Notes: a model not told the origin generated them from the letters alone. Shown: positions 42,273 through 53,385, numbered from the stretch's first letter. The stretch: DNA of 64,000 nt from Bdellovibrionales bacterium (GCA_965261545.1 CBDHDF010000010.1:480001-544000); one strand, 5' to 3'. Numbers and translations are program-made.

Positions 42273-44826
42273 CAATGGCATTCGTTTTTGCAGAAGGTTT
42301 TTCCACATTTTTCTGACTCCCTCTAACATACTGAGTTAAGGGGGCTTTTATCTTTTTTCTTTTTCCGAAAAAAAATACTTGAGTCCACCCCATCGTTGTG
42401 TCACATTATATTTGAACCATTCCCAAAGGGGAGAGACTCAAATGGACCCACGCATAGAGACATTGCCTTCAACAACTTTTTTTGGAAGACGCTTGACGCG
42501 CAAGCAAATTGCCGACATTCAAAAGACGGTGGCGCTATTTCCTTCTTTAAGTCGCCGTGAACTGGGTTATACAGTTTGTGAACATCTTGGTTGGCTAACT
42601 CCCAAAGGTGATCATCGCATCCAATCGTGCCTTCGTATGCTTGAGACGCTAGAGGAACTTGACATTCTATCCCTGCCAGAAAAAGACATGTCAAAGCGGA
42701 GTGTCCCCTCCAAAAAAATCACTTGGACACACCGAACAGATGAAAAGCCTCTCATCAACGATAAACTAGACTCATTGACCCCACTTTCTTTGCAAATCGT
42801 AACTGATCAAGAGGCCATTAAGGAATGGAATGAAGTTGTCGATCGGCATCATTATCTCAATTACAGACGTCCCTTTGGTCCCCACTTACGCTATTTCATC
42901 TTAGATAATTGTGGGCGAAGATTGGGTTGTCTTTTATTTGAAGCTGGCACATCCACTTTGCCTTGCCGTGATGAATGGATCGGTTGGCAAAATCGAGCTT
43001 ACAAAAAGCACTTGAATTTAGTGGTGAACAATAGTCGATTTTTGATCTTTCCCTGGGTAAAGGTTCGCCATCTTGCTTCGATGGCTTTATCTATGGCAAC
43101 TCGCCAACTTCCCACAGACTGGGAGTTAAAACATGCTTTCAAACCTGTACTCATGGAGACTTTTGTCGACCTTACCAAATTTAATGCCACGAGCTATCGT
43201 GCTGCCAACTGGCTTTATTTGGGCAAAACAAATGGGAGTCGTGCCTACAAAAATGTAAAGGGAAAAACTCAAAAAGGTGTTTATGTTCAACCTCTGACAA
43301 AGAATTATCAGTCTATCTTATTGAATGGCCCCCAATGCGCTATCAAGAAACCCGTCGGGAAACCCACCATCAAGCCACATAAGAACTTGGCTGAGCCTAT
43401 GCTAGAGGACTCTTTTGTGCATCTTTGGCAAAACATCATCAAGACAGTGGTTATCATTGCAGATGAGTACGACCGAACCTGGCAAAAGCGTCAACGTGTC
43501 TTGAATACATTGTTGATTATACTTTTCATCTTCCGACTTGTTTTCTCTAAAGGAAAACAAGGTTATGATACAACTTTGATTGAACTTTGGGAGCAGTGTC
43601 GCATATTAGACATTGAACTCCCTCAACCTAAACCAGTTCGGGCATCCACTATGTGTAGTGCACGGGCTAAAGTAGATGAAAATATATTTAAAGTTTTGCA
43701 TGATGAAATTCTTAAACAAGACGGTATATCCAATTCTAGTACCTTATGGAAGGGCCATAAGGTTTTCGCAGTGGATGGATCGAAAATAAATTTACCACGT
43801 CAACTCGTAGATAATGGGTATCAGCAACCATGGGAAAAAGCATGGTACCCTCAAGGTCTTGTCAGTTGCCTGTACCAACTACAGTCGAAGATTCCTGTGG
43901 ATTTTGATCTCTTTGCCCATAACAATGAGAGAAAGGCTGCACAAACTCATTTCAAAAAATTGTTTGAAAACGATGTTGTGGTTTATGATCGTGGCTATTA
44001 TTCCTACGAAATGCTTCATGAGCATAAGGTGCGAAGTCTGCATGCGGTGTTTAGGATAAGGAGAAATGCCAACACTGTTTTTGATGAATTTATTAATAAT
44101 GATCAAAAAGACTCAGTGATCCAAGTCATTCCTAGCAAGCAAATTCTGAAAGAACTACATAAAAAAAAGCCACAAGACGACTTCAAAGCCTACGCTTTGC
44201 GTTTGGTCAAATATAAAATTGGACAAACTACTTTTGTTCTAGGAACAACCTTAATGGATCAAAAAAAATATTCCATTGATGATCTGGCCAATCTCTATCA
44301 TGGACGCTGGAGTATAGAGGAACTGTACAAAATATCCAAAGAACTGATGACCATTGAAGAGTTTCATTCTCAAAGTGAAAGGGGAGTCAAACAAGAATTG
44401 TTTGCACACTTCACACTTATCACTCTGACAAGATTATTTTCCAACTACACGGAAGACCGTCTTAATACATCTCAATCCCATAGTAAAAAACAAACCATGC
44501 AGACAAACTTTAAAAACAATTTACTGACAATTGCAAGAAATATTGAAGGTCTTTTTCTTCAACAAAAGGTAGTGCTTAGTAAAACCCTCAATTGCATCAT
44601 TACAAATATGAAGACCTGCCGACAAAGGCTACGTCCGAATAGGCATTACGACCGAGTTTCTAGAAAACCCATCGGAGTATGGAGACCCAGTAAAGAGGTT
44701 AGGGGGGCTATGGCCAACGGATAATCACATGGATCAAAGAAAAAAACTTGGGGTTAGCCCACCCCCGAGGAGTTAGAGGTTCAAATCCTTAACCGAATGG
44801 GATCTCTCACTAAACGAATGCCATTG
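42273..44826 (+). mobile_element. IS4-family element IS4-D
   Basis: IR caatggcattcgttt; 10-bp TSD ggtgtaaggg at 42263-42272 and 44827-44836. Confidence 0.92.
42379..44724 (+). CDS. DUF4338 (DruA-like) domain fused to an IS4 transposase (start probably MDPRI)
   Basis: RHHYLNY, CRDEWIGW, NNSRFLIFPWV, YRAANW; AVDGS, VYDRGY, YHGRWSIEELYK. Confidence 0.85.
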   Translation: MSPPHRCVTLYLNHSQRGETQMDPRIETLPSTTFFGRRLTRKQIADIQKTVALFPSLSRRELGYTVCEHLGWLTPKGDHRIQSCLRMLETLEELDILSLPEKDMSKRSVPSKKITWTHRTDEKPLINDKLDSLTPLSLQIVTDQEAIKEWNEVVDRHHYLNYRRPFGPHLRYFILDNCGRRLGCLLFEAGTSTLPCRDEWIGWQNRAYKKHLNLVVNNSRFLIFPWVKVRHLASMALSMATRQLPTDWELKHAFKPVLMETFVDLTKFNATSYRAANWLYLGKTNGSRAYKNVKGKTQKGVYVQPLTKNYQSILLNGPQCAIKKPVGKPTIKPHKNLAEPMLEDSFVHLWQNIIKTVVIIADEYDRTWQKRQRVLNTLLIILFIFRLVFSKGKQGYDTTLIELWEQCRILDIELPQPKPVRASTMCSARAKVDENIFKVLHDEILKQDGISNSSTLWKGHKVFAVDGSKINLPRQLVDNGYQQPWEKAWYPQGLVSCLYQLQSKIPVDFDLFAHNNERKAAQTHFKKLFENDVVVYDRGYYSYEMLHEHKVRSLHAVFRIRRNANTVFDEFINNDQKDSVIQVIPSKQILKELHKKKPQDDFKAYALRLVKYKIGQTTFVLGTTLMDQKKYSIDDLANLYHGRWSIEELYKISKELMTIEEFHSQSERGVKQELFAHFTLITLTRLFSNYTEDRLNTSQSHSKKQTMQTNFKNNLLTIARNIEGLFLQQKVVLSKTLNCIITNMKTCRQRLRPNRHYDRVSRKPIGVWRPSKEVRGAMANG

Positions 44827-46732
44827 GGTGTAAGGGTGAGTGGTAGATTTCGTTGTTGGCATGTAAATCCCAGTAGATGGCATACTCGGATGGTGCTCGA
44901 ATGATGTCGTGGTCTTGGGTGAGGTGGGATTCCATCTTTTTCTCATCCACAGGGGGCTGTAGTTCCTCAACAAGCCTTTTAAAGACCCTAAGAGATAAGA
45001 CCCCTCTGCTCACAGCCTGAATGGCTGCTTTTTCAATAAGATCAGAGTGATATTTTTTAGCCAAGGACACCACCCCACGCATCTGCCTGTTTCCAACTCT
45101 CTCATCCACCCTGAGTAATGACTGACAAAAAGCTTTTGTTTGAGGGCCAATCTGACCCGCATCAGCTAAAATATTTTCTACATGGCGAGATGGATTATAA
45201 ACACGATCTTTGTCTAGCAAAGAGAGACTCCCCGGGAGAGTGGCTTTTTGGTGGCGGCGGATAACACTCATCGTAGCAGGGTCCATAATCTCTATGTCTT
45301 TATCATAAATACGCACAATGACTTGGCTCTTTAGATCAGAAGGGTAGGCGCAATAGTAACTGTTTCCCACTTGAATGAGCCCATCGTCTGCAACTGTTCG
45401 TATCTCTTGTTTAAAAAAATCAAATTTCTTTTGGGGGAGCTTTTTGAGAAAGGGGCTCTCTTCTTCAAACATCTCAGAAACGACTCGCTTGGTGCGACCA
45501 TGGACCCGAGGGCGAGCCCAAGTGTGCTCCCAGTGCATGAGCCACTCATTTTGCTCCTCAATGGTTTTAAATGAACGACCCTTCAGTGCTGTGTCTTGGG
45601 TGTGGTGAATGGCGTGCTCAACGGTTCCTTTCCTATCAGGATCACGAACTCTTGCCGGGTCAGCAACGACCCCGTAGTGAGTCAGTACAGCGCCATAAAC
45701 GGCGTTCAGCGTTGGCTCATAGATATCTGGCTTAATAACACCTTCCTTGAGATTGTCTAAGACGACATATTGAGGGCAGCCCAAAAAATAATGAAAAGCC
45801 TCCTCATGGAGTCTGCTCCACGTCTCTTGGCTGGACTTCCAAACAACCTTGCGAAAAGAGGCACGAGAGTACTTGAGGGTCATCACAAAAAGGCGAGGCC
45901 GCCTATATTTGCCTGTCCGGGGGTGAACAGTCAGAGCCCCTTGGCCATAATCCACTTGGGCTTCCTCTCCGGGGGGAAAATCCAAGCGATCATAGCGTTT
46001 GGGAGTACTCTTCTTCAGCTTCCTTACAAATTTTTTCACGCTGTCGTAGGAGTGAGAAAAACCAAATTTCTCCACTAAATCTTGGTAGATGGCCATTCGA
46101 TTGCGCTCTAAGTTCAAAGCCTGATTTTCAATCCAAGCCCTGTGGGGCTCACAAGCCGACTGATGACATAAGGGGCGTTGAGAGGTTTTATCTTTAAGAG
46201 ATTTTTTCAATCCAGGTGGTTCTATACAGTCCGTGGATCCAGTTTCTGTGGGAGCAGCCATCGGTTCCACCATGGTTGTGGATGGGCGCGTGAGGCAGGC
46301 GGAGGAGTGCATGGAAGCCCCATCAGACACGACAAGACATGCTGAGCCTGATCCTATAGGGGAAGATGGAGGCGTTTCTAAGGGGGGTGTGGCTTCCCCT
46401 AGAAGAACCTGCTGATTGAATTCTGTGGAGGAGACCGAAACTTCCTTGGGCTTTTCGAACTGGGCCACAGGAAGGCTTGGAGGCTCCGCAGAGCAAATTT
46501 CAGGAGAACATGAAGATGAACATGACTCTGCTTCTGAGCACACCGAAAAGGCTGGAGATTTTGGCTCTATACCTCCTGTACGCCCCTTTTTGGCAATGAC
46601 CCTATGGGCTTTCGCATACTCTGAAACCGTAGATCGACCTACATGTAGCCTTTTCGCTATTTTACGAAATGAGTGACCTGCTATAATTAATGTTAATATC
46701 TCTTCTTGTTTTTGTTTATTCAAGACGTTCAT
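44827..46732 (-). CDS. istA: IstA of IS21-B with a Ser/Pro-rich insert; last codons displaced to 42238-42272 by IS4-D
   Basis: PGEEAQVDYG, VLDNLK, DRKGTVE. Confidence 0.88.
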
Positions 46733-48019
46733 CCTTCCCTCCCAGGTTGTTTTCTAGAAGGTATTTTACAATACGCCTTGTCAGATATTAAATTTTAAAT
46801 GGCCTGGTTTGCCCGCCCACAAATGGCCTGGTTTGCCCTCCCCTCCGGGCTATCATGTCACGATCTATCGTGCAGGAGGGAAGCAAGAAATTGTCGCTCG
46901 CCATCAAAGAAAACCTGATGGGGAGCATAGTCTTCTTCTTGAACATATCCTTCCCTCTTTAGTTCGTAAGCCGCAAGCCATGGTAAGATGGGCTCACCGA
47001 TCCATTCTTTTTCCAACAAATGTGTTTGAAAATTTTTATCAATACCTCAAGCAACAAGATTCAAGCCGTGCCGAGCATGAATATTTAAGAGTTATCAACT
47101 TGATTCAGCATGTGAGTTGGCAGGACTTATCTACAGCCATGGAGCTTCAATTAGAAAGTCGTGAGATTTTCGACTTTAAATCCATAAAAGATTTGCTCTT
47201 AGGCAATCCCACCAAAATTAATTTGAATGACCAACAAAAACCACTTCAACCTAGATTGTCTCAATATGACAGTCTTGTTCCAAACATAGGAGGTTCTTAA
47301 TGAATCACGAAGAACTTATAGGTTCTCTTAAAAAACTCCGACTTCCAGCGATGGCGGATGAATATGTTGCAACGGCTAGAGTTGCCGAAAAAACAAAAAA
47401 GACGTATGAACAGTATTTAGGTATACTCGTTCAAAATGAGCTTGCTGACAAGCATTCCCAGAGAGTGAAAAGATTGCTTAAGGGGGCCAAGCTTCCTCAA
47501 CTTAAATCACTCCAAACTTATAACTTCCAGAAAAGAACGGGAGTGACAGCTCAGCAAATTAATTGGATGGCAGAGGGAGAGTGGGTCAGAAAAGCCTGTA
47601 ATGTTGTGTTTTACGGAAGCTTTGGAATGGGGAAAAGTCATTTGGCCATGTCCCTAGTTCGTTCACTCTGTGAACAAGGCTATCGATGTTTATGGGTCAC
47701 CACTTGTTATACGATACTTTATTCTGACTAGAATTCGCCTTTATTTTTTATTTTTCTTTGACCATCCCTAGAGAATTATTACATTCCCTTGACTAAGTCT
47801 TGTCATAACCTCCCCATGAGTTTAATACTCTGCATCAGGAGGTGTTATGATTTTAGCTACTTTTGTATCAACGGATGACCTTGTAAAAGAAGGTAAGAAT
47901 TACAATTGGAAGAGGCCATGTAAGTGCCAAAATCCCGGATGTAAAAGTGAGAAGCTCTGGGGCCATGGCTATGTGAAGAGATACTTTTTTGCATGCTCTG
48001 AAGCGGTCTACCTCAAGCG

Positions 48020-49436
48020 CAATGCCGTTTCCTTAAGCCACCACACCCCTCTGCCTCTGCGTTAAGCTATTTCTTTTAAAAGAACTCCCAGCCCTTTTGA
48101 TAGACCTTTCATAGCTTCTTTTGAAGTGCCTCCTCTTCTCCATTGAAATCTTCATCAGCAACTTTATCTGCTTCCTAAATTTCTGATAGAGCCCCGCAAC
48201 AAAAAGAGGGATGCTATCCATTATGAAATCAAGAATCAGTTTAAAGTTAGGTTTTTTGTAGTCATTTTTTACCAACTGATTCACACTGTCTTCATCCTCA
48301 TTTATGCTCATTTGAATCTTTGTATAATTGAAGAGCCAAAAATAAGAATACAGCTCTTGCAATATTCCATTAAGGCTTGTTGAGTGCCACTGCTCCATTT
48401 TCATTGTCGATGTAAAATCACGAAATGTCGTTTCTATTTCCCAACGACGAGAGTAAAGAGCAACCATATCCTTCTTGTCCAAGGAGCCATGCGGAAGATT
48501 AGTGGCCAAAACAGAGAACTCCCCAGTCTTTGGGTTTTTATACTTATAGAGATGAATGACCACCCCCTCAATAACCATTCGTGAATACCAACCTGGGCCA
48601 TTAAATAAATTTACAATGGGGATAAAAGTAGAGCCTCGCTTACAACGCGCAATAAAGAAGTTACTGGCTTGAGCATGGGCCTTAATAATCTCTGTAGATA
48701 AATAAAGCCTATCGTAGAGAGTTATGCTATTACTCTCAAAACTACCTATCATTTGAATAGCATTGGCGATTTCGTTGAGAGCGGGAGAAAAGCAAAGATT
48801 CTTTGTCACACCCGATAAAACGTCATAAGCATGAGATAGATACATACGTAAGAAATGAGTTTCCATCTCATTTGGGCAAGGGTACCCACAATAACCCTCC
48901 TTTAAAAGATCTTTAGAGCGAGGAAGTGCTAATTGGTCGCCATCTATGGCATAGATATAAAAACCATGAAACGTTTTTCTCAATGGTTCGTAGTCTGTAA
49001 TCAGAGATTCAAAGATATCTTTGAAAAATAGGTAAGAAATACTTTGACGTATCTTGCTGAGACTGCTTTTGACTGGCATGAGAAGCAGGTCACCAAAATG
49101 AGTCCATACCGTCTTAAGAGCGATTTGGTAGCCTTCGTAATTTGTTCCGGAAATAAGATAGATAATGGTAAAAAAGAAAATTTGAGGATTAAATTTTCGA
49201 TTCCTTTTTTGTTTTTCTGGATCGACAAGGTGCTCTGGCTTGAAGGAAGAATCAAGTTTTGGTAGAATAAAATGGTCATCTGTGACGCGAACTCGTCATT
49301 TGGGGGCTTTCGAGATCAATATTGGATTGCATGTGACTTACTCCTTGGTTGAGGGTTGGGTGTAAAATAAAACAAGTCTTATTCTTGTCGATTTATCTAA
49401 TAATTTCAAGAGATTTTTCTTAAGGAAACGGCATTG
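48020..49436 (-). mobile_element. IS4-family element IS4-C (1417 bp), related to IS4-A
   Basis: 18-bp perfect IR caatgccgtttccttaag; 10-bp TSD acctcaagcg. Confidence 0.95.
48033..49332 (-). CDS. IS4-C transposase; RBS-led ATG is out of frame with the main ORF (+1)
   Basis: AIDGDQ, LYDRLY, YSRRWEIETTF; frame open upstream to 49295. Confidence 0.8.
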
Positions 49437-49858
49437 ACCTCAAGCGCTGGCGGTGTCCTCACTGCCACAGTGTTATAACGACAAGACCCAAGTCGTTCTG
49501 GCGTCGTTTTCAAGAGACAAAGTCTCGTATTTTCGAAGCATTACGACATCGTCTGAACCCCAAGATTCCCAAGGCATGGCCCCTTTGGACAACGAGGCAA
49601 AGAGCGGGGCACTGGCTGAAAAAACTTCTTAATCACGCTAAGGCTTATAATCTGATGAAAGAAAAAGATCCACTTAGCACAGTGGCCTTTTATCAAGAGA
49701 AAAACCTGGACATTTTTGGTTAACGAAGTTTGCCAGTGCTCCCATTTATTTTCAACCTACCGTTTCTTGTCATTAACAAAGAGTCAGGAAGTTGTGTATC
49801 TCTTATTTCAAGAAAGATTTCCAATAACGGAAATTAAATCAAAGAAAGAGAGGTCAAA

Positions 49859-51157
49859 ATGGCTGATAAGGACAAGAAAATGGAGGTTGCCACCTTTAGA
49901 TTCGGAGTGATTTCTGAATTTGTTACAGGGTTGCGCCTTGAATATGGAGAAAAAGAGAGATTGCTTACGGAAAAATCTTCCAAGAGCTATCGTGTTCCCT
50001 ACTCATCATCGACTCGTGTGAGTCGTTCCACCATAAAAAAATGGATTGCAGACTACAAGGGATCGGGCAATAGATTAGAGGGGCTTATGCCATCGGATCG
50101 CAAGGATCAAGGTCAATTTAGAAGTCTTGATGAATCTCTCCAAGTGGTCATTAAAGAGATCATGAAGGCAAAGGGACATTTTACAGGCATAGCCCTTGTC
50201 AATGCTCTACGTCAGCGCGGCTCTATTGGTACCAATGAAGAGATCAATATGAGTGTGCTTTATAGATTTTTAAAGCATCACAAATTGCAACAAAAAGAGT
50301 CCACAGATCGTAGGTCCTTTGAAGCTTCGTCTCCCAATGAAATGTGGCAGTCAGATGTTCTTCATGGCCCCATTGTGGTTGGCAAAAAGAGAAAGAAAGT
50401 AAAATCCTACCTCATTGCCATATTGGATGACAATTCTCGCATCATTCCCCACGGGGAGTTTTATGAGTCCGAAAGGCTTGAGAATATGAAGGATTGTCTT
50501 AAGAAAGCTGTTGAGAAGAGGGGGCTTCCTCAAAAGCTTTATATCGATAATGGGGCTTGTTTTAAGGCTATAAACTTGGAACAGGTCACAGCTTCCTTGG
50601 GTATTCAGATTATTCACACTCCTCCTTATACTCCTCAGGGTCGGGGGAAAGTGGAGCGTTGGTTTCGATATGTACGGGAAAACTTCTTTCCTCGCTGCGA
50701 TGAAAAAACCTTGAGCCTTGAAGAACTGAATGAGGTATTTTCTGACTGGGTGGAGAGTTATCACCACAAAGTTCATGGAACCACTGGCGAAACTCCATTG
50801 GCGAAATTCCGTAAAAATATGAAGTGTGTTCGTCCCGCTCCCCCCAATCTATTGGACTATTTTCGATTTATTCAATTTCGACGAGTTAAAAAGGATCGAA
50901 CTTTTCATTTGAATGGAACCATATATGAAGCTCCCGTAGACCTGATCGATAGAAGAGTGGAACTCAAGTTCCACAGAGAGACTCCCGAAGATGTTGAAAT
51001 TTTCTTTGATGGAAGAAGCTTTGGTCAGGCCAATTTATTGGATCGGCATGTGAATTTTTACTTGGGTCGCAATGGAAAGGTGACTTCTGCCACGAAAGAG
51101 ACAAAACCAAAATCAGGAGAATTATTTTCAGGAGATAAAACAGGAGGTAAGAAATGA
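49859..51157 (+). CDS. DDE integrase-core transposase with Mu-like C-terminal region
   Basis: WQSD, ILDDNSR, YIDNG, GRGKVER, HGTTGETP. Confidence 0.9.
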   Translation: MADKDKKMEVATFRFGVISEFVTGLRLEYGEKERLLTEKSSKSYRVPYSSSTRVSRSTIKKWIADYKGSGNRLEGLMPSDRKDQGQFRSLDESLQVVIKEIMKAKGHFTGIALVNALRQRGSIGTNEEINMSVLYRFLKHHKLQQKESTDRRSFEASSPNEMWQSDVLHGPIVVGKKRKKVKSYLIAILDDNSRIIPHGEFYESERLENMKDCLKKAVEKRGLPQKLYIDNGACFKAINLEQVTASLGIQIIHTPPYTPQGRGKVERWFRYVRENFFPRCDEKTLSLEELNEVFSDWVESYHHKVHGTTGETPLAKFRKNMKCVRPAPPNLLDYFRFIQFRRVKKDRTFHLNGTIYEAPVDLIDRRVELKFHRETPEDVEIFFDGRSFGQANLLDRHVNFYLGRNGKVTSATKETKPKSGELFSGDKTGGKK

Positions 51158-51543
51158 AATACATTGAATATTTTGGAATGAAGTTCTCTCCTTTTAATGA
51201 CAATCTTAAATCCAAAGACCTTATGTCTTTACCTGGAACAATGGCAGTGAAAGAGAGATTGGATTATGTTCTTTCCATTGGTGGAATTATGGTCGTCACC
51301 GGCGATGTTGGCACCGGAAAATCCACCGCCATGAGATGGAGTTTAGATCAATTCCACAAATCTGAAATTAACAGCTGTTATGTGACGGCGAACAGTGGCT
51401 CAACCAGTGAGCTATATAGACAATTGTGTTGGAGTATAAATTTAAATTTAAGAGGAAACCATAGGTCCTTCCTTCTTAAGGAATTCAAAGAAGCCATCTC
51501 AGAAATATTAGAACAACAAAGAAATAAAATTGTGGTTATCATT
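51154..51543 (+). pseudogene. ExeA-like AAA+ ATPase, 5' half
   Basis: YFGMKFSPF, GDVGTGKS; rest at 32980-32567 (minus strand). Confidence 0.85.
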
Positions 51544-51570
51544 CATAGGTGTTCGTGGTTTTTTATTCTT

Positions 51571-52815
51571 TCATAGCAAGACCTTTTTAGCCATATTCAT
51601 TGATGTTTTTCGCCGTCGGTAGTTTGTGTCATAAATTTCATGGGAGAATATCTTGATCTTCTCTATCAAAATATTTAAATACTTTTGAGATGAGCTTAGG
51701 AGATATTTGATAAAATCAGAGGCTAATAAGACGGTAACCTTAGCAACTCTTTGAAACGATGTGGAGTCATTTTGTTCCTTATTGAGTTTAGTTCTTCCTA
51801 TCCTCAAAACAACACTTGATGTGAGGTGAGCCGCTAATGAAGCAAGAAGAAGACTCTCTATGATATTTTGATCGTTTGAGGTGATCTGATTTGCATTCAA
51901 AGAATTCTTACAAGATTTGAAAATAAGTTCACATTGCCAACGTAAACGATAAATTGGATATATGGACTCCGCTGCCACATCTAAATTCGTGCAATACCAA
52001 TGATAGCGTTTTTCGGAGGAATTCCAGAAGCCTACAATTCTCAAACTTACCCATTTACCATTGGACAAGACACTGCCTATAAATTCAACAACATCGTTTT
52101 TTTTCTTGAGTTTAATATCAGAGAACTCTTTTCCAACATAGTAATCTGGCAAACCTTCAACAACAGCATCAATAAGAATAGAGGCATTTGACTTTACTCT
52201 AGACAAGAAAAATCCTTTAGCTTCATGAATAGATGACAATAAGCCATAGTCCCAATATCCCAAATCAAAGATGACTAATTTTCCAACGAGTTCCTTTATA
52301 TCAGGAAAGCACTTCCTATCGTTAGTGGAAGACGGAGTTAATTCGAACCAAGTCATTATACCACTGAATAAACTGAAACAAGCGTGCCATTTAATTCCTG
52401 CGTTTGTTCTTGTCCCTGGAAAATTCTCAGATGCTCCATCCCAAAGGCTTATTGTGCTTGAGTCAACAAGAAGAACGTCTGAGACTCCCAGTTGTAATAA
52501 TATGGCTTTGCTCCCATGAAAAGCTCCATGAGATAGCTTTATCATGAGCATTTCAACCAGTTTACTCAGAAGCTCTTTTAATCTTTTTCTAGAGAGTCTT
52601 TCCCAGAAGCTGTGTCTTTCAATTCTTAATCCTAAATGACTTATCATAAACCTCCTAATTCCCTCTATTGAATATGTCTTAGAGTCTCCCTGGAATGACA
52701 AGACAAGAGCCACAATAAACTCAAGAGGTGGAATGGTTGCCCGAGAGTCCTTTTCAGGAATAACTTTCTTGAAACATTTTTTGATCGTTTTAAGTGTTTG
52801 AGCTTCCGTGCTCAT
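51571..52815 (-). CDS. IS4-family transposase (same protein as 33737-34981)
   Basis: Identical translation in the ORF track. Confidence 0.93.
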   Translation of the reverse strand: MSTEAQTLKTIKKCFKKVIPEKDSRATIPPLEFIVALVLSFQGDSKTYSIEGIRRFMISHLGLRIERHSFWERLSRKRLKELLSKLVEMLMIKLSHGAFHGSKAILLQLGVSDVLLVDSSTISLWDGASENFPGTRTNAGIKWHACFSLFSGIMTWFELTPSSTNDRKCFPDIKELVGKLVIFDLGYWDYGLLSSIHEAKGFFLSRVKSNASILIDAVVEGLPDYYVGKEFSDIKLKKKNDVVEFIGSVLSNGKWVSLRIVGFWNSSEKRYHWYCTNLDVAAESIYPIYRLRWQCELIFKSCKNSLNANQITSNDQNIIESLLLASLAAHLTSSVVLRIGRTKLNKEQNDSTSFQRVAKVTVLLASDFIKYLLSSSQKYLNILIEKIKIFSHEIYDTNYRRRKTSMNMAKKVLL

Positions 52816-52920
52816 ATTTGCCCCCTGCGTTTAAAAAATAAAAATTTCCTCCAATTAATCTTGACCTATTAAGATACTAACGCGAGAATCATTAAGTCTG
52901 TAGATAACTCACTTGTATCT

Positions 52921-53385
52921 ATGCGGATTCATTGTATTCGACAGGAGCAAAAAATAGCAATGATTTTTGGACTTTTAATATTACTTTCTTTGGGATCCTT
53001 TATATCTCTTCTTATTTCCTTATTGGTATTTGGATTTGGTTATTTACTGGCACTCATCCTCCCATTAACTCAGATGCAAGCATCTTCTTTGTTTTTTGCT
53101 TCACTCACACTTTTGGTTCTTACATGTATTTTTATGATGCTCATATCTCAATTTAAAAATCGTTACTTTCACCAGAATCTAGGAGATATTCTTTTTGATA
53201 ATTTGGATGAGGATTTGGAAGATGAAAAGCAAAAAAAAATTGTAACTGAAGATATGTCTGCATCACAGCAGAAAAATGACCAAAGCGAAAAAATTGGAAG
53301 AAATCAATCCTGTCCATGCGGAAGTGGAAAGAAATTTAAATTCTGTTGTTCCCAAAAGTCCACAGTTCTTTCGTTACACAATTAA
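52921..53385 (+). CDS. SEC-C motif membrane protein (IS4-B passenger)
   Basis: Identical translation to 33167-33631. Confidence 0.8.
   Translation: MRIHCIRQEQKIAMIFGLLILLSLGSFISLLISLLVFGFGYLLALILPLTQMQASSLFFASLTLLVLTCIFMMLISQFKNRYFHQNLGDILFDNLDEDLEDEKQKKIVTEDMSASQQKNDQSEKIGRNQSCPCGSGKKFKFCCSQKSTVLSLHN

Larger units (their letters stand above)
41336..46849 (-). mobile_element. Second IS21-family element (IS21-B) inside istA of IS21-A
   Basis: ~54-bp IRs with tandem aaaccaggccattt repeats; 4-bp TSD ctat. Confidence 0.88.
39149..47704 (+). mobile_element. IS21-A left part; istA in pieces (39716-39964, 40565-41335, 46854-47300) and istB 5' part (47300-47704)
   Basis: End TGTTAGCTGACAATTAAAA; repeats near 39176 and 39540-39600; PGEQAQFDF, IDNL, KGDVE; Walker A GSFGMGKS. 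Confidence 0.88.
47847..49723 (+). pseudogene. Zn-finger (DUF6431-like) gene split by IS4-C
   Basis: CKCQNPGC...WGHGYVKRY...YLKR|WRCPHC rejoins in frame across the TSD. Confidence 0.75.
47705..51543 (+). mobile_element. Left part of the three-gene transposon (Zn-finger protein, DDE transposase, ExeA-like ATPase) inserted in istB
   Basis: End TGTTATACGATACTTTATTCTGAC; TSD ccact at 47700-47704. Confidence 0.85.

Noticed and set aside
42379..44724. Druantia defence system
   Set aside because: Only a DruA-like domain within a transposase; no helicase or other dru genes seen
47705..51543. CRISPR-associated transposon
   Set aside because: No cas gene or array; the element closes at ~3.35 kb with three genes
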